Below, in pieces: positions 60,185-64,000 of a stretch of 64,000 nucleotides of DNA. The notes beneath the pieces are model-generated. The model was not told the origin of the DNA, ran no database searches, and was given only the letters and a program-made list of their open reading frames with translations. This stretch comes from the human T2T-CHM13v2.0 reference genome, Homo sapiens. The stretch is taken from the NCBI RefSeq assembly GCF_009914755.1, contig NC_060926.1; one strand, 5' to 3'. Every line of letters starts with the position of its first letter. Within the stretch, counting starts at the first letter, position 1. Position numbers and translations under genes: made by a program.

Positions 60185-60881
60185 TGGTAATCCCACATTA
60201 TCTTCAGGGGATATGTTCAAGGCCCCCCAGTGAATGCCTGAAACTGCAGATAGTACTAAACCCAACCGCCATCAATTGGAACACATTTCTGTTCATGTCT
60301 CTAACTGAAACTTTCATGCCTTTTCCATCTAACTAAGCATTTGTCATGCACCATGGCCATAACTTTTGGGATTTGATATGCGTCAGCAAAACTAGCACTA
60401 TTTCTTCTTCTTTCTTCACAATTTCAATGATGGAAAATTGATTCTTACCATAGATCTGTAGATTTTAGCAACCTCAGCATATGATTTTTTTTCTTTCCTT
60501 ATTAAGTCGAGCACTTTCACCTTTTCACTTAAAGAAAGCACTTGACAGCTCTTCTTTGACATATATGAATTGCCAGTCTCACTACTCTTGCACTTTGGAG
60601 CTATTATTAAGTAAAATACGGTGACAATCCATCTGATAACTGAGATGGCAGCTAAGTGACTAATGGGCAGGTAGAAGATACACTGGACAAGTGTGATTCA
60701 CGTTCTGTGCAGGACAGAGCAGGATGGTGTGAGATTTCATCACGCTACTCAGAACGGCTTGCAATTTAACACTTATCAATTGTTTATTTCTTCAATTTTC
60801 CATTTAATATTTTTGGGCCACAGTTGACTGTGGATAACTGCAACTATGGAAAGCAAAGTTGCAGATAAGGGGGGATTACTA
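60185..60881. mobile_element. TcMar-Tigger MITE (MER82-like)
   Basis: TIRs ggtaatcccacattatc / gataaggggggattact; cccccagtgaatgcctgaaactgcagatagtac. Confidence 0.85.
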
Positions 60882-60945
60882 TGGTTTGGTGTTAATCTTG
60901 GTCAACATAGTGGCTCTGCACCCCAGGGAGGAAAAAGATCTCTGT

Positions 60946-60946
60946 G

Positions 60947-60998
<52 letters not shown>
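60946..60998. repeat. (TC)n(TG)n compound microsatellite
   Basis: Direct reading. Confidence 0.95.
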
Positions 60999-61001
<3 letters not shown>

Positions 61002-61684
61002 ATAGAACAGTGCTAACAGAACTAAAAATAGCTTTACCCGTCAGGCCTGAAAAGCACTCAGATAGGAATAAAACAGAGAAAGACAGCATTTTCCTAGAGC
61101 AGGAGTGAGGATAGAGTACAGACCAGGACATCCATGAAGGTTTAGTAATATACAGCCATTGATAGTGGAACAAAAGGGGCAGAGGTAAGCCAAGAGTGGT
61201 GCACTGATAGCTAGTGGGTTATTGCCTAAGGGAGCTCCAGATGATGGCTTAGCAAACTCAGCAACCAACTGGGCAAAGCCAATAGTGCAGGGAAACTGGA
61301 GGTGATAGCTTGAGTAAATTCGCTCCACAGCAGCAACCTAAGAGTCTCTCCAAGGCCATCCAATTGAAAACCAAGATAAAGGTACCTGATAAATGAGTCA
61401 TTAAATACACTGTGGGCTCTTCTAGAGAAAGCTAGAAAAGAGGAGAAACAGCAAATGTTTGAGGTCTTAGTATCCTTAAGGTATGGGATAAGATTGAGAT
61501 GGCTGTTTTGAAATTAAAACAAAAAGATATTTTGTTTGAACCTACAAACAGGTGAAGTCTGATGAGATAATTGTTACATATTTAAATATCTCTGTCATAG
61601 CAAAAGTTAAGCAAACTTTAATTTCTTTACTTCCTATTATGTTTTTCCTTGCAACTTGTCAAAATAAACAAATAAATTGGCTTC

Positions 61685-61737
61685 TGTGTGTGTATGTGTG
61701 TGTCTGTGTGTGTGTGTGTGTGTGTCTCTCTCTCTCT

Positions 61738-61769
<32 letters not shown>
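61685..61769. repeat. (TG)n(TC)n(TG)n compound microsatellite
   Basis: Direct reading. Confidence 0.95.
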
Positions 61770-61771
<2 letters not shown>

Positions 61772-63189
61772 TATCAGTTTCCCTGAGTGGGGTTACCTTT
61801 GGTTAAACTAGTAAAATCATTGCTATTTGGACTTTCCAGGCTGAGGATCCAAATCTAAAGTCATTGTAAACCAAGGAACATTCACATCATGGGCATGAGA
61901 TATCTAGTGAGTCTTCTTTCACAATTTCCCTTTAATTCATTTTCTCCATTTCCTACTGTCATAATCATGATCCAGGCCCTAATTAACTCTCATTTCTCCA
62001 TCTAATGAACCTTACACACTGCTTCCATTATGCCTTTTCTAATTCCATTACTTCTACCTAGAATGTCTCTAAAACTTACCCATATTGCAAGATCCAGCTC
62101 AAATATTACTTTCTGCATGAAAAATGTCCACATCACCCACACACAAATTAACTACTTCTTCCAGGAAGTCTTATAGCAGTTTATTCATATTACACAAATG
62201 GGGCTTCTTTACCTCCTTGTGTGGCAGTTTGTGTGTGTGTGGTGTATGTGTTTGTGTGTGTGTTATGTATACTCATTAATTATTTGGAAAGTTCCTAAGG
62301 ACAAGGACCCCATCTTCAGATCCTAGCACAGTGTCCCTTGCTCACATTAACCTTCCCTCCTAGCCTATTCTCTACGCATCTGAGGCTGTCTGTTGAATTT
62401 TTATTGCTTTTTTCTCTCTCTCTCTGGGTGATTCCTAATGCCTATGTAAGCTAGATGTCACATGCATATAATCATGGGAGGCTTGAAAGGGGAAAAGATT
62501 TGATTTGCACTAAAACATATATTGTCTCACTCAGAAATGTATTTGTCTTTTCAAATTCCCTAAATTTTAATAACCTTTTCAACTCTTTTCAAATCTTCTA
62601 CATTATCCATAAGCAGAAAATATAAAATAGTGAAATATAATGAAGATAAATAAGTTTTCCTACTGTTTCTCATATTATTCCCTTTTTAGCTAGAGTTTTT
62701 TCACTATTGAAATAATATTTTACAAGCACCATGTTGATGACTCACAAGCATATAATTCAGCATCAATCAAATAAATAAATCAAAGCTAAAGGAGTCATGC
62801 TTCAACTTCAATGTTGCAAATTGTGCTATCACCTAACAATTTCTTTTAGCGCCAATTAGTTAACTTAACCATCGCTAAGAGGTATAACTTTTAAAAGGGC
62901 CAAACTTTATGGTCTCTCAATAGGCAGGTGCAGCTATGCCACAAAACATTCCATTGGTGTTTGTGCATGCACGAATTCTACAATCTTGCCAAATTCCATT
63001 CTACAATTTAAGAAGCCAAAAAAGAGGAAGAAGGAGGAGGAGGAGGATGAGGAGGAAAGAAAAATAAAGAAAATCAAGTTAAACTGATTTCATAAAAGAA
63101 AAATATACCTCATAGGCATTCACTCTGGAATAAAACAACTCTCATTCAAGTTTCATTCACCCAATTTATATGATACTTGAGCCTAAGAC

Positions 63190-63420
63190 ATCAAAAAAGT
63201 CTAAGCTGGCCTCACTCCAGTTACTAGTAAGCATTGTTTACTAGGCATGTAACAATAGTCTTAATATAGTAAGCTCTGGTTTCCTCATCTGGAAAATGGG
63301 GATTAAAACTAATGCTTGCTTCATAGAGCTATTACGGGAATTAAATAAAATAATGCACATTAAACAAAAACAGTGTTTAGACCACAGTTTGTGCTAAATA
63401 AAGTCAGCTATTATTTTCAT
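63190..63420 (+). mobile_element. MIR
   Basis: tttcctcatctggaaaatggggatt..gaattaaataaaataatgcac. Confidence 0.8.
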
Positions 63421-64000
63421 GTGATAATAACTATTGCATTTATGCCAATCTGTGTGTATACAAAACCAAAATGAAACTAATGCAAGTACAAATATCAACT
63501 ATAAATTTTATTCCAGAGACTGATCTGTGAGAAATAAAAAGGTAAAGCCAGCATGGGCCTAATAACCTGCAATGATTTTCTAGGACTCTCTGTATTGCCA
63601 GATAAAGATTCAGAAGGTTGATTATTAAGCTACTCAAGGAGATACCAGAGAAAGGTGAAAACCAACTTAAAGAAAAAAAATTTTTAAGTACAGGATATAT
63701 ATGAAAAACTAAACATTTTCAATTTCATATTGGCTTATTTTGGTTTAGAACATATGGATCTACTGTAAATGCTAATCATTTGTTATCTTGAATAAGTTCG
63801 GTGTGTAAAACATGTGAGTGATCCTGAGCCCCAGCTGAGGAAATGATATTTGAAATTTCCACAGCGAGTAAAGTTTTAGCAAACTGTGTCTGTGGTATAC
63901 CTGTGACAAATCAAACTAACGTGTGACAGTAGATTTTAACAACAACTCAAAATGCTATGATCTTGCACTCGGTTCTTTCAGCTACAAACATTAACCTTAG

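Overview
This is human non-coding genomic DNA (intergenic or deep intronic), AT-rich and dense in repeats. The species call rests on two human-specific insertions: an AluYa5 at 34758-35067 and a pre-Ta L1HS fragment at 26684-27445. I find no credible protein-coding exon, tRNA, rRNA or CRISPR array. The listed ORFs are translations of Alu, L1, LTR or low-complexity sequence, or short chance ORFs. The window contains about 16 Alu/FLAM copies, old and young L1 pieces, five THE1/MST LTRs, several MLT1/ERVL LTRs, a full solo LTR12 (ERV9), Tigger/Charlie/MADE1 DNA-transposon relics, MIR/L2 fragments and microsatellites. The most unusual signals are: a symmetric 90-bp hairpin resembling an ancient amniote palindromic repeat (21321-21410); a 36-bp-stem fold-back created by local inverted duplication inside a THE1 LTR (3576-3660); two young, possibly polymorphic retrotransposon insertions; an intact-looking LTR12 promoter pointing leftwards; and several candidate regulatory motifs (CTCF, E-box cluster, tandem ROREs, DUX4). 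I see no evidence for a novel multi-gene system. Subfamily names come from recalled consensus sequences, and boundaries of old repeats are approximate.
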